A stretch of DNA of 63,646 bases, filler included, from Craspedostauros australis (taxonomy: Eukaryota): the NCBI GenBank assembly GCA_030167865.1. It is 9 parts of 9 records of this genome, joined end to end, with 100 filler letters (N's around TTAATTAATTAA, not from the genome) between each part and the next. Parts side by side here need not be neighbours in the genome. Positions count along the whole stretch, not along the records: positions 47,035 to 58,033 come from JALAGF010002814.1; positions 58,134 to 59,482 come from JALAGF010002815.1; positions 59,583 to 61,506 come from JALAGF010002817.1; 6 more parts are not named here. One strand, 5' to 3'. The notes beneath the pieces were generated by a model, which ran no database searches, had not been told where the DNA came from, and was given only the letters and a program-made list of their open reading frames with translations. A program made the position numbers and the translations under genes. Numbering within the stretch: position 1 is the stretch's first letter; the number at the start of each line of letters is the position of its first letter. Below are positions 49,275-59,698 of the stretch, piece by piece.

Positions 49275-50525
49275 ATGTCACACCGTCTCATCGCATCGAG
49301 TAGAGCGGCATTGCGCCATCGTTGGAATGGCCATGCATCGCTTTCTGTGGCATCTGCTCGGCTTCAGAGCCTCGGTGGCACAACCGAGATATCACCGTTT
49401 GCCAAGCATTGGATTCACTCGTCGTCTCTTCAACTGGAAAAGCACAAGATCCAAGTCCCGACCATGGGAGATGCCATCACCGAGGTATGTAGGCACATGT
49501 GCAGTGCATTCTGACTTGATTTTGTATTGGATGCCTGCTATGAATGTTGTGGAAGCTGCATTGCGGTGGATTGGATTGCGTGCTGCTGCTGTGAGTCGTA
49601 TTGAGTGATTGCATCAACAACCACGGAGACCATCAAGTCTGTTGCATTCGCTCGCTCTTTCTCACTGTATCCTGCTGTTGCCGAATGTTGCTACTCTTTT
49701 CCAAACGCACAGGGAACAATCGTGGAATGGGTGGCGGAAGTGGGCCAGGCGGTACAGCCGGATGATGTGGTAGTGCTGGTGGAGACAGACAAGGTGACGA
49801 TCGACATCAAGGCAGACTACGAGGGTGTCATTACAGCGCACTTCGGTGCTGTGTAAGTTGTGTTTTGCTGCGATGTAGCCTTGCATGGCAGGTCTGCGTC
49901 TCGTGGCAGACCGCAGTACTCTACTCCACTCTATGAGTGCGGCAAAGCAGACTGTCCAACTGCGTATGTGATTGCATGGTTAGAGTCACGTGACTGTTCT
50001 ATAACCCCATCCGCACCCTCAACCTTTTTGCTCGTGTTCTGTGTCTCTTGTGGACTTCGTGTCACTCACTGGCCCACACCATTGCGCACTTCCGACAACC
50101 CAACTAATGAACGCAGGGATGACAACATCGAAGTTGGTGCCGATCTGTACGAAATCGACAGCGAGGCAACGGCAACCGTGGTGGCAGGCGAGTCACCCAG
50201 CGCGGAAATAAATGCAGGAGATGCCAGCGGCGAATCTGAGGCCGTCGTGGCTGCTTCCGAAACCAAAACGGAGTCGTCGAAAAGCTCACACCGCGTACCA
50301 TCCATCAAGTTCCTTGGCAAGGAAGGATGGGCCAAACGATTGTCGCCATCCACCGCGGCGGATGCTTCGTCATCTGATGGGCAACCGCCAGTCATTTACG
50401 GTGACATCCCACCAAACTTCGGTCGTCCCGTGTTCACAGAAGAAGAGATGGATGCATTGGTGCAAGGTGGTGCCAATCTCGCACCCGAAGTCCGGGAGCA
50501 TTCGGGAGGTGCCTTGTTTGGATGA
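49275..50525 (+). CDS. Mitochondrial lipoyl-domain protein fused to a Kgd4/MRPS36-like module (exons 49275-49484, 49713-49852, 50117-50525; ~252 aa)
   Basis: Arg/Ser-rich presequence; VPTMGDAITE|GTIVEW..VETDKVTIDI..V|DDNIEVGADLYEI (E2o-type lipoyl domain). Then HRVPSIKFLGK and GRPVFTEEEMDALVQGGA. Both introns are GT-AG and keep the frame. Confidence 0.85.
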
Positions 50526-51084
50526 ACGGACTGGAAAGAACGCATTCGACTGAGCAGACGCATCGAGATACTTGCTGAGAGCATCTGAAGGAACCGTGAG
50601 CAATTGCTATCACTTTGTGTGTCGTTGCTGTTGTTGTGTTTGGGAACCGTGGAAGCATCTGCCTCTTCCAGCCAAACCAAGTCAAGATAATTTACGAGCT
50701 TGGTCAACACAACATGATCAACTCCACTTCACTCGATTATACTCGATTTGCTTGAGTAGACAATGCTCAATTCCAGCAAGGCACAGCAAGCAATCTTCTC
50801 TGCCCTACTCTACGTGATGGCTCTGCTCTCTTGGACGTATGTAGTCGTACACCTCTCCACTCGCACGTGTACCGCTTCGATCGTCGTCATCGCAGGAAGA
50901 TGATACCAATTTGGAAGTACTACACCGACGTTGGATACTCTGTCTCGGTTATCTTGAGAGATCCCATCAACGACCATGGCGCCGAACACACAAAGCGTTC
51001 GTTCCTCCATCTCCATCACTCCACTTCTTGCAGAATCTTCCATTACAATCGTATCCACCAGCACACCAACGCAATCAGAGCACC

Positions 51085-51903
51085 ATGGCGGACCTTTCCA
51101 ATTACAAAGTCGGCGTCGTGCTAAGTGTGGAGGAGAGCACGTCGAAAAAGGGAGGCAAAGCGTTGCGAACTTGCAAGGTGCAGGTTTCCGAAGACGGTGA
51201 TGCGGAGCCTCTGCTGATCGTCACGTCCGCACCGAATGTGAGAGATGGATCGAGGTAAGTCAACGACTTCAGATGGCGGTGATGTGGAAAGGGAATGTTG
51301 CATGCTGCCACTCTGGTGCGAAGTGATTCGCCTTCGCGTCGTTTTAAAACACGCCACCATGAGAGAAAAGAAGCTTGGCCAGAGTGTTGCGGATTTGGGC
51401 GGATGGTACCACTGCCTGCAAATGTGTTGATTGATCCTCACAGCCATTTGCCTTTGCTTGTGCATCAACTTGTGCATCAACTTGGATTGAAACTCGCTTC
51501 CACATCTGCACCACCCAAATCAACAAACGCCCGCAACAGAGTCTGCGTGGCACCCGTCGGATCCACGGTGGTCAATGATGAAGGCGACGAGATCACGATC
51601 CAAAAAACATCCGTCGGCGGACAAATGTCGGAGGGCATGCTGTGCGATTCCAAGATGCTGGGTTGGACAGGTGGTGCCGCAGGCATCGCCGTGCAGATGC
51701 CCGAGCATCTCCCTATCGGATCTACTCCACCGGCCAGCAAACCGCGACCGCAGGACAGCAACGCATCGGAGGAGGTGGCGGCAGCAGCAGGTCCGGGATT
51801 GTTTGAAAAGAAATTGACGAAAGAGGAAAAGAAGAAACTGGCAGCAGAACGCAAGGCAGCGCGGAAAGCAAAGAAGGAGGCTGCGGCGGCCGCAAAAGAA
51901 TGA
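51085..51903 (+). CDS. Stand-alone tRNA-binding OB-fold protein (Trbp111/PheT-B2-like) with Lys-rich tail (intron 51255-51539)
   Basis: YKVGVVLSVE..IVTSAPNV..R|VCVAPVG..SEGMLCDS..LG; GTAAGT...AACAG intron in frame. Confidence 0.82.
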
Positions 51904-52467
51904 TGGAGATGGGCCTTGCGTTATACGTTGTACGTTGTACGTTGTGTGGCGGGAGTGTGCTGTGGGATGATAAGGTATTATGCATACGAGTAGGGATGGA
52001 ACCGAGCACACGCACAGGGTCATGTCCAACATGGGACGCACCAATCATGGATGTGCCAGACTTCGGCAACACACACCAAGAGAATCATCGGCGGGCAGCT
52101 CTTCACGATTGTCCATCACCGATTCTTCGAGGCAAGCGAAGAAGCGAACATGTCGAGGGTTGCTTCTTCCACAGAGTAACAGGTATGCACAAGTAGATAA
52201 CATAGAATACCTCTCATTCCCGGAACATGCAAGGGATCTTCTCTCAATCTCACTTGAATTCAACTTCGTTCCTCCATACAATTTGTTCTACTCCACGTGT
52301 ATGACCTATACGGTGTGTTGCTTCAAACCATTCGAGTATTTTCATTGTTTTTTATCATTTCATATTCCTATTCCTGTTGCGTTTTCATTTCGTTTCGTCT
52401 TGCGCATTCATCGATCCATCGTTCCTTCTCTCGCGTTCTCTCACTGAGTGCTGCCGATCCCACCGCT

Positions 52468-55400
52468 TCATCCGTTCAATTCATCCATCGACAGCTCGTC
52501 GCTGTTGTTGCGTCCCATCTCGCCCATCTCCAGCACGCGTTTGCCAGACTTGGCCCACGATTCTTCCACATCCGCAGCGCCAAACTCCATCGAGCCGTCG
52601 GCAGAGTAGTCGTCGCTGAAGGTGTTGTCGAAGCCCTGTCCACCATAACGTGCGGCGACGGCGCGGTACTCTCCGCGTTGATCACCTTGATTTGCCTGCG
52701 CGCGGCGTCGGATGCAGTACAGGAGGCAGATGACTGGCAGGATGGCGAGGATGCCGATGACAGCGAGGGGGTACTCTTCGTAGGTGCAGACGATGACGTT
52801 ATCGTCACATTCGGTGCTCGCCGTCGGAGCCTTCGTGATGGCGGCGGCTTCGTGGCTTGCTGGTGGAGCAGTCTTCTTCGATACAACCACGGGCATGGGT
52901 GAGGTTGTGGGCGCCGCCACCGGATTTCCCGCACTGTTCGTATCGCTTGCGCACAGGTCCTCGGCCGTGTCATCCGGTCCAAGGAGGTGACATCCACCGA
53001 TGGTCGGACAATCGATGCTGCAGCTTTTCTCTCGCGTGGACCATTCGCAGCCGGTCATTTGCAGACATCCGACGCATTCGGTGGCATTGTCGCAGTCTGG
53101 CATTGGCGTAGGAGCAGGGGTCGGGCCAAGTTCAGGGCAGTCCTCTACCTTGTTGGACAACGAGTCCAAGCACTTGGTGTCATCGGATTTGCAAGTGATG
53201 CCGCAAGTTTCTGTTTCCGTGTTCCAAACACATGCTTCGGTCAGGCAGCGTCCGCATGTTGGGGAAGCGTCGCAGGTGATGGAATTTGTACCAGGAGCGG
53301 ACGTTGGCAAGTCAAGCTTGTCCTCCAGCTCATCCTTCTCGGACACGGCTGCTGTAAAGCATATGTCTTGTGCTGTCATCATGTCATCAGTGAGGCCGTG
53401 ATTCTCAGCTTGTTGGCGGAGGTAATCTGGCTGGAAGGCGTAGTAGTTGAAGCTCCAGCAATCCTTCTCCGACGTGGTGCAGTGTCTGGAGCAGCTATCG
53501 GTCAGCATATGGAAGACGCAGCCAAGCTCGATGCAGGACTCACAGCTGTGCATCTCGGTATCCGTGGCGTTGACCTTAGCCTCGCAAGCTGCCTCGTCGG
53601 CTGGTGGGAACACGACGGAGGAAGCCTTCAAATAGTCGTTGCCGGGATCGGGATGTACCTGTTCATCAGGGGTTCCCACGATGGAGCAGATGGAGCCGAT
53701 GTGTTGCACCTCGACATTGCCCGCGGGCGTGCGTTGGAAGCAGGCGCTTGCTTGGAACATGGTGCAATTGGATTGGCATTGGTTGTCGGCATTCCAAACG
53801 CATGCAGGCTCTCGGATGCAGTCGCCACATGAGCCTGAAAGTTGGGAGCAAGTGTCTTCGGTCGATGTTGGTCCGGTAGCGACCACTATCGTTGTCGTCG
53901 TCGTCGCCGCTGCTTCTGTCGTGGCATCAGTGGTTGTGCCATCTACAGCATCGGTGGTGGCGGAAGTCGTCTCCGTCACGCCACTATCGGTCGCGTCAAT
54001 GGAGTTCGTTGTGGTCACAGTTTCTCCTGCCACTGCCGTGGTGGCAGCCGTGGTGACGGCTTGACTGCCATCGCCAAGACTGGAAGCATCTTGGCAGATG
54101 TCGCTGACTTCTGGAAGGCTATCATCCTTTTCCAACAGGTAGTAGTTGAAGGCGAAACAGGCCGCGTCGTGCTCGACGCAAAGACTCTGGCACAGCTTGG
54201 TGCCGTCGGATTCGAGCGGCCTCCACACGCAACCCGCCGACACGCACTGGGCACAGTCCGTCTGAAGGGACTGTTCGCGACAGGTGTGGAAGTCCGTCTT
54301 GGTCTTTTGTCCTTCGATCGTCGGCGCCACTTCAGTGTAATGGTCGACGGCATTGGGGTCCGACTCATCGGGTGGAGGTTGCTCGTATGCGTCGTCCCCG
54401 ACCATACAAACACGCTGCACGACGTCGTCGATGCTCTGGACGTCGGCGAGGGTGAAGCATGCGGATGGGTTCTGCATGGAGCAGGTTTCGCTGCATGTCT
54501 GATCGGCGTTCCACACGCAATCCTGCAAAGTGTAGGTGACATCGGCCAGACATTGCACGCAAGACTTGGCCTTGGAGCAAGTGTTGGAGGCTGGGGTGGG
54601 CGTGTGCTGCTCAGTTTCGTGGTCCGGTGGTGGTTCGACCGTGGTCGTGGTAGTTGCAATGTAAGTTTGCGTGATTCCTCCTGGTGTGTACGCGGCCGTT
54701 GGATTACCGCTGGGATATGGAGTCGTCGGGGCTTGAGTCTGGGTCGGACTTGGCGTGCCGGCGTCGGGAATGTCTCCAGTCGGACTGCCTGAACCTGAAG
54801 CTGCCTCCTGAGACGCGCCGGTTGCGATTGATGGCGTTTGAGTTGGGCCGGGCGTAGGAATCGTGTCAATCTCAGCGCCGCCAGCACCCGCACTGGCACC
54901 AGCAACAACAGCCTCGGTGGCTTCTACGGTAGGCGTGGCAGTGGGTGATGCGGATGCGATGGTTGTCGTTGTTGTTGCTGTCGTGGTGGTGACCTCGCTT
55001 CCGTCGGCAACTGTGGGTTCAGCCGTAACTGTGGGAGAGGCGGTATCACCAGCATCAGCACCGCCATTGTCGACACTGGTGGGCTGGGTGGAGCCTTCTG
55101 CAGAGTCAGCAACAGCTGGACTTGGAGCGGGGCTGTCCTCGCTACCGCCCGCCGCCGGAGCCTTCGTGTAGGAGATGGCATTCTCTTCGTAATCTTCCGG
55201 AGGACCCCAAGTGTCGGGATTTCCTCCCAGCGTGCCACCGCTGGATCCAGCAGAAGCAGCTGTGGTGGTGGTCACAGCAGCCGCTGCGGTGGGTGCAGGG
55301 GTTGGAGTTGCGGTTGTTTCAGCCGCAGACACAGTGGCAACGCCGCTTGCATCGGTCGTCTCAACCGTTGTTGCTCCTGCTTCTTCAGTCGCACCATCAA

Positions 55401-55620
55401 CAACAACAGTGGTGGACGTTGTAACTGCAGCAGAGACAGATTCGACGCCGCTGGCTTCCGTCGCTTCCGTGGTGGTTGCGGCTGTCGCAGCGGCTGTGGC
55501 CACGGTGGTGGTTGTCGCGTCTGCTTCTAACTTGCGCACATCGCGGTTGCGTTGACGCAGGGCTCCGTTGTTGCCGTTGCTGTTCGCTGTCATCTTTGGC
55601 ATCTGCTGGGATTCCATCAT
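52468..55620 (-). CDS. Large Thr/Ala-rich single-pass membrane protein with repeated PSI-like Cys modules; true start uncertain
   Basis: >1000-aa ORF; RKL motif; about six CxxC...C(V/E)(W/F) modules; C-terminal TM (LAVIGILAILPVICLLYCI), RRR stop-transfer and an acidic tail. Confidence 0.85.
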   Translation of the reverse strand: MMESQQMPKMTANSNGNNGALRQRNRDVRKLEADATTTTVATAAATAATTTEATEASGVESVSAAVTTSTTVVVDGATEEAGATTVETTDASGVATVSAAETTATPTPAPTAAAAVTTTTAASAGSSGGTLGGNPDTWGPPEDYEENAISYTKAPAAGGSEDSPAPSPAVADSAEGSTQPTSVDNGGADAGDTASPTVTAEPTVADGSEVTTTTATTTTTIASASPTATPTVEATEAVVAGASAGAGGAEIDTIPTPGPTQTPSIATGASQEAASGSGSPTGDIPDAGTPSPTQTQAPTTPYPSGNPTAAYTPGGITQTYIATTTTTVEPPPDHETEQHTPTPASNTCSKAKSCVQCLADVTYTLQDCVWNADQTCSETCSMQNPSACFTLADVQSIDDVVQRVCMVGDDAYEQPPPDESDPNAVDHYTEVAPTIEGQKTKTDFHTCREQSLQTDCAQCVSAGCVWRPLESDGTKLCQSLCVEHDAACFAFNYYLLEKDDSLPEVSDICQDASSLGDGSQAVTTAATTAVAGETVTTTNSIDATDSGVTETTSATTDAVDGTTTDATTEAAATTTTTIVVATGPTSTEDTCSQLSGSCGDCIREPACVWNADNQCQSNCTMFQASACFQRTPAGNVEVQHIGSICSIVGTPDEQVHPDPGNDYLKASSVVFPPADEAACEAKVNATDTEMHSCESCIELGCVFHMLTDSCSRHCTTSEKDCWSFNYYAFQPDYLRQQAENHGLTDDMMTAQDICFTAAVSEKDELEDKLDLPTSAPGTNSITCDASPTCGRCLTEACVWNTETETCGITCKSDDTKCLDSLSNKVEDCPELGPTPAPTPMPDCDNATECVGCLQMTGCEWSTREKSCSIDCPTIGGCHLLGPDDTAEDLCASDTNSAGNPVAAPTTSPMPVVVSKKTAPPASHEAAAITKAPTASTECDDNVIVCTYEEYPLAVIGILAILPVICLLYCIRRRAQANQGDQRGEYRAVAARYGGQGFDNTFSDDYSADGSMEFGAADVEESWAKSGKRVLEMGEMGRNNSDELSMDELNG

Positions 55621-56375
55621 GCTGGTTGCTTGTGCTGATGCTCGTTGTCTTCCTTCGGATGGATGATGACAAAGAGATGAGATTCGCAGAGATCTTTTCG
55701 AGTCCCACGAAAAAGAGAGGTGCTGTTTCTTGCTTGCTGCTTTCCAATTGATCCGGATGCGGCACCAATGACTGCGGGCAGTTGCTGTGGCAGCGTGTTT
55801 GTGTGAGCGTGCGCGATGAGGATCTGTCTTGGAGTATGAGTGTGTTCGCCACAGCGTTGCTTTCTCACAAACTCTGTCTTGCAAACTGTGCAGCAAAGGG
55901 GCAAGATGCGGATTTGTGGAATGATGAAAGATCAAACGGCGAAGAGCACCGACCGCAACCACCCACAACACAAAAGCGGCTGCCGATTGGTGATCCTCGA
56001 TCTTTTGGGAGGCGTGGTCGGCAGCGTGGGTGCGTCATGAATCCCACCATGCGTTGCGTTGCGCGGTGGCGGACATTTCTTCTCCTTCCGACACCACCAT
56101 GGTTTCCGTTGATCATGTTCGGCGCGTGGTCATCCTCGACTCCCTTGATCAAGAGGTCTAGGGAAGCTGGCAATTAGAAACGCGAATAGCTCGAGCAATA
56201 GAGAAAGGTATCTTGGTTCGCGTTCGGGAATGGACAAGAAGGATGCCAAAGCGTTTCTGCGCGCCTCGACCCAAAACAAGAAAACGACAACACACACCCA
56301 AGATCGTGATGTTCCACGCCTCGTCCCGTCTTTCTCTCCCTGTCATGCCACAATGTTCAATCACCGACGACAAGC

Positions 56376-57881
56376 ATGACGGTGCAACGATGTTCGGTGA
56401 TGGAGAGCCAAGCCGATGGTGCGCGGCCAGATGTCGAACCTCAAGGCGATGGTAGCAATGGTGGCGCCTTCAATGATATGCGACCACATGCAGTGGCATC
56501 ATCATCATTGTCATCATCAATGCCGTCGTCACCACCGCCATCAGCAGATCCGGTGCAACCGAAAGGGACCTCACCAACAAGCATGACACCGACGACATGC
56601 GCAAGATCCAGATCCGTCGTGATGCGCATGGGCATCGTCTCTTGCATCATCGTCTTTTCTTTCTTCTCGGATGTTCGGACCACCACGTTCCTTGTACCGA
56701 TATCATCGTCATACACCAGTACGACGGATGGCAACACACCCGCTACTCCACAAGCAAATGCCGACACGATGTCTCCTGGTGCGAAAACCAGCATAACACC
56801 CGCTGCTGTGATCAACCAACCAAAGCAGCCAACGGTGGCCAAAACACCCTGCGACCGACAATTTGCAGTTTCCGCGACAGAATTTGACGTGGATCCCACC
56901 AAGAAACCGCTCTGCATCTGGGACTTCTACGGAAACAACTGCAATCGAATGATCACGTTGGCCAAGGCTCTGTACCTGGCCAGCGAGATGTCCACTATGG
57001 TGCAGCTGGATGATGCGTGGTCGAAATGGTTCGTGCAATTCTTCGATCCACATCCCCGTATCTCGCTGAGCCACATGTTTGTCGTTTCGAACGGAACCGC
57101 AACCTTGAATCCTGAACATCGCCCAAATGCGCTTCAAACAACCCAATGCATCACGAGAGCGCTGGCTGAAACGGTCTACACAATCGTGCAACCGGTGTCT
57201 GTGGCGGTCCATCGAGGCGTCCGCGTTCCCATGTTGGACCAGCTGGTTCCCAAACGATCTATTCGGGAAGAAGCAGAGCGACAAGTTCAGAAGCGATACG
57301 CCAATGGGAAGCAAGCAGTATCCGTGTCAGACGAGGGCAACGCCATGGAGACGCAACCTGCAATGACGAGTACAGATGCGCACAGTTCAATGGAATTGTC
57401 GCAAAGCCCCTTGCAGTATCCGTTCGTTTCTGTTCATCGCAGATGGTTGGACGGGGAATGCATCAAATCAGCAAACAAACCTGAACGTCATTTTGACAAT
57501 TGCACCGCATCTACACTGGTGGCAACATGCGAGTACACGTACAACGCTGTACTTCAAACGCTCAATCGACAATCCTCGTCGTTGTCAAGCAAAGGCCCCA
57601 CTGTGGATGAGTCTTCTCCACTTATAGTCCTGTTCACGGACGGCCAGAAAGCAGTCTACGACAGCACCTTCCCCATCCGAGATCCCAACGAATTCGCCTT
57701 GCAATTGTGGATGATGACGCTATCGCAGCAGCACTTCGGCAGTCCACAAAGTACGGTTGACGTTGTTGTGCGACACTGGCGGCACCATCGCATCCAACAG
57801 CATGAGAATGCCAAGCCTGGATCGAATCCACCAAGAAATGATATCGTGCATCCCATTGAGTGCAACCCATCTTGGGTATGA
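56376..57881 (+). CDS. Type II membrane glycosyltransferase-like protein (O-fucosyltransferase/NodZ-like GT-B motifs)
   Basis: N-terminal TM and stem; GNNCNRM, VSVHRR, VLFTDG, HFGSPQST motifs. Confidence 0.7.
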   Translation: MTVQRCSVMESQADGARPDVEPQGDGSNGGAFNDMRPHAVASSSLSSSMPSSPPPSADPVQPKGTSPTSMTPTTCARSRSVVMRMGIVSCIIVFSFFSDVRTTTFLVPISSSYTSTTDGNTPATPQANADTMSPGAKTSITPAAVINQPKQPTVAKTPCDRQFAVSATEFDVDPTKKPLCIWDFYGNNCNRMITLAKALYLASEMSTMVQLDDAWSKWFVQFFDPHPRISLSHMFVVSNGTATLNPEHRPNALQTTQCITRALAETVYTIVQPVSVAVHRGVRVPMLDQLVPKRSIREEAERQVQKRYANGKQAVSVSDEGNAMETQPAMTSTDAHSSMELSQSPLQYPFVSVHRRWLDGECIKSANKPERHFDNCTASTLVATCEYTYNAVLQTLNRQSSSLSSKGPTVDESSPLIVLFTDGQKAVYDSTFPIRDPNEFALQLWMMTLSQQHFGSPQSTVDVVVRHWRHHRIQQHENAKPGSNPPRNDIVHPIECNPSWV

Positions 57882-58133
57882 CCGCTTGCTCTGCCTCTCG
57901 GTATATGTGTATGCGCGTTTATGTGCGTGAAACTGCATAGAGCAGAGCAGTTGGATGCACATTCTCCTGCCGAAGATGTACGGTCGAGACTGGTTCATTC
58001 AGAACTTGGAGCAGCATCCGGAGGATCAGCATTNNNNNNNNNNNNNNNNNNNNNNNNNNNNNNNNNNNNNNNNNNNNTTAATTAATTAANNNNNNNNNNN
58101 NNNNNNNNNNNNNNNNNNNNNNNNNNNNNNNNN

Positions 58134-59482
58134 ACGCCTTCCTTCAGGCAGGCGGCAAGTTCCTTTCCGGTGAACAATACCGACGTCCCCTTTATGTGAT
58201 GAAGGATGATCTTGAGATAATCCTCAAGCGTCTCCCCATATTCACGTACCAAGAAGCGCTTCCAAAGCTCGCAGCCAAGGAGCTCACCTGGATGGCAATC
58301 TGCAACAAAGCGCAGGCTTCGTACGACAACGAAGTACGAGGAGATCGNTGGCACGCCATTAGACGCGTCAAGGACCGNAACGTCCCCAGGCAATCGTACT
58401 TCAACAANGTAGCCAAGCATCCAAAGGCCAACATCCTTGAGCAACACAAGGGTTTNGGAAGGAACAACGCGAAGAAGAAGAATCAACCAAAGAAGCCCAA
58501 CAACAACAACGGCAATCGAAAACCGAACCAAGGTTGGGCATCCACGCCACCCAAAGCGGGTGAACCGCAGCGCAAGCTTGTCTACGACAAGACGTTCATG
58601 TGGTGCGCCAAGTGTCGTCGTTGGCGTCTTTCGCATAACACTGAAAGCCATCAAGACAACTTCAAGCCGAAAGGTAAAGGCAACAACAACGCCAAGCCTG
58701 ACCATCTCGTCGTTGACATGGCTGCTTGGACCTGCTTAACAGCTACCACCAGTCAAGACGAAAAGGAGTGGTGGTCGTTTGTGTGGAACCTCTTCACCTC
58801 CTTCAACTACCTCAGCTGTGTGATCGGATCAATCCTTTCCTTCGTGAGCCTCCAAGTCTACACTCTCGGAGTCGAGCACGGGTGGTACGTCACGGCTACT
58901 AACGCCTGGATGATAATCGCCATCACGCTGCTCCTCCTTCACTCAAACGTGCCACGAAGATACAGCCCCAACAGAGCTATCAACGCCACTCAAACAATGA
59001 CTCGAACCAAGTCCAAGAGCAACACTCGCCGCCCCATCCACTTCAATGAACCTGTGAAGCGCACTCTCTACGACGCGATGACAGAGAACAGTAAGACAAC
59101 TGATCCTGTGCCAATGCGAGCTCTCAATACTAGTCCGCCACGGAACGCGCAATCAGAACATCGCCCTGCTCGGACCAAAACTCGCAAGCGCAACCAAAAA
59201 CGTCACCATTGGAATAAGCCCAAAACACCNNTGGAGTACCCCAAATATGGCGCGAAACAAAACAATTCGCAAAATCCAATCACACGTACACGAAGTCGCA
59301 CATCAACCCTCTCACCAAATCTCTGGAACATTTACCCCAAGCTCGGCATTGACTTGGCTTGCGGCAAAAGTCAGACTCAACCCTGTGATACTGACGCCCC
59401 TGCACTTCTTTCTCTGCAAGGCCTCGCCTCCTTCTTTACTAATCGTCACGCTTTTGCATCTCCACAGAAGGCAGAAAACTGT
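58134..59482 (+). mobile_element. Retrotransposon gag-like fragment (diatom copia type)
   Basis: Basic Asn/Lys tract then WCAKCRRWRLSHNTESH, a Cys/His knuckle variant; isolated low-quality contig with scattered Ns. Confidence 0.6.
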
Positions 59483-59698
59483 NNNNNNNNNNNNNNNNNN
59501 NNNNNNNNNNNNNNNNNNNNNNNNNNTTAATTAATTAANNNNNNNNNNNNNNNNNNNNNNNNNNNNNNNNNNNNNNNNNNNNGGTTGGACGATTGCGTCC
59601 ACAGGCAGCGTCGAGCGGAGATGCATCGCCAAGAGGCGTGCCTGTATGCATCCCGCGATCATGACCTGGGGTCTTGTACCGCTCACCAGGGAGTTGGT

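Noticed and set aside
53842..54908. Long antisense and alternate-frame ORFs over real genes (also at 3938-4645, 45684-46490, 60370-61335)
   Set aside because: Shadow ORFs expected from GC-rich codon bias and low-complexity coding sequence.
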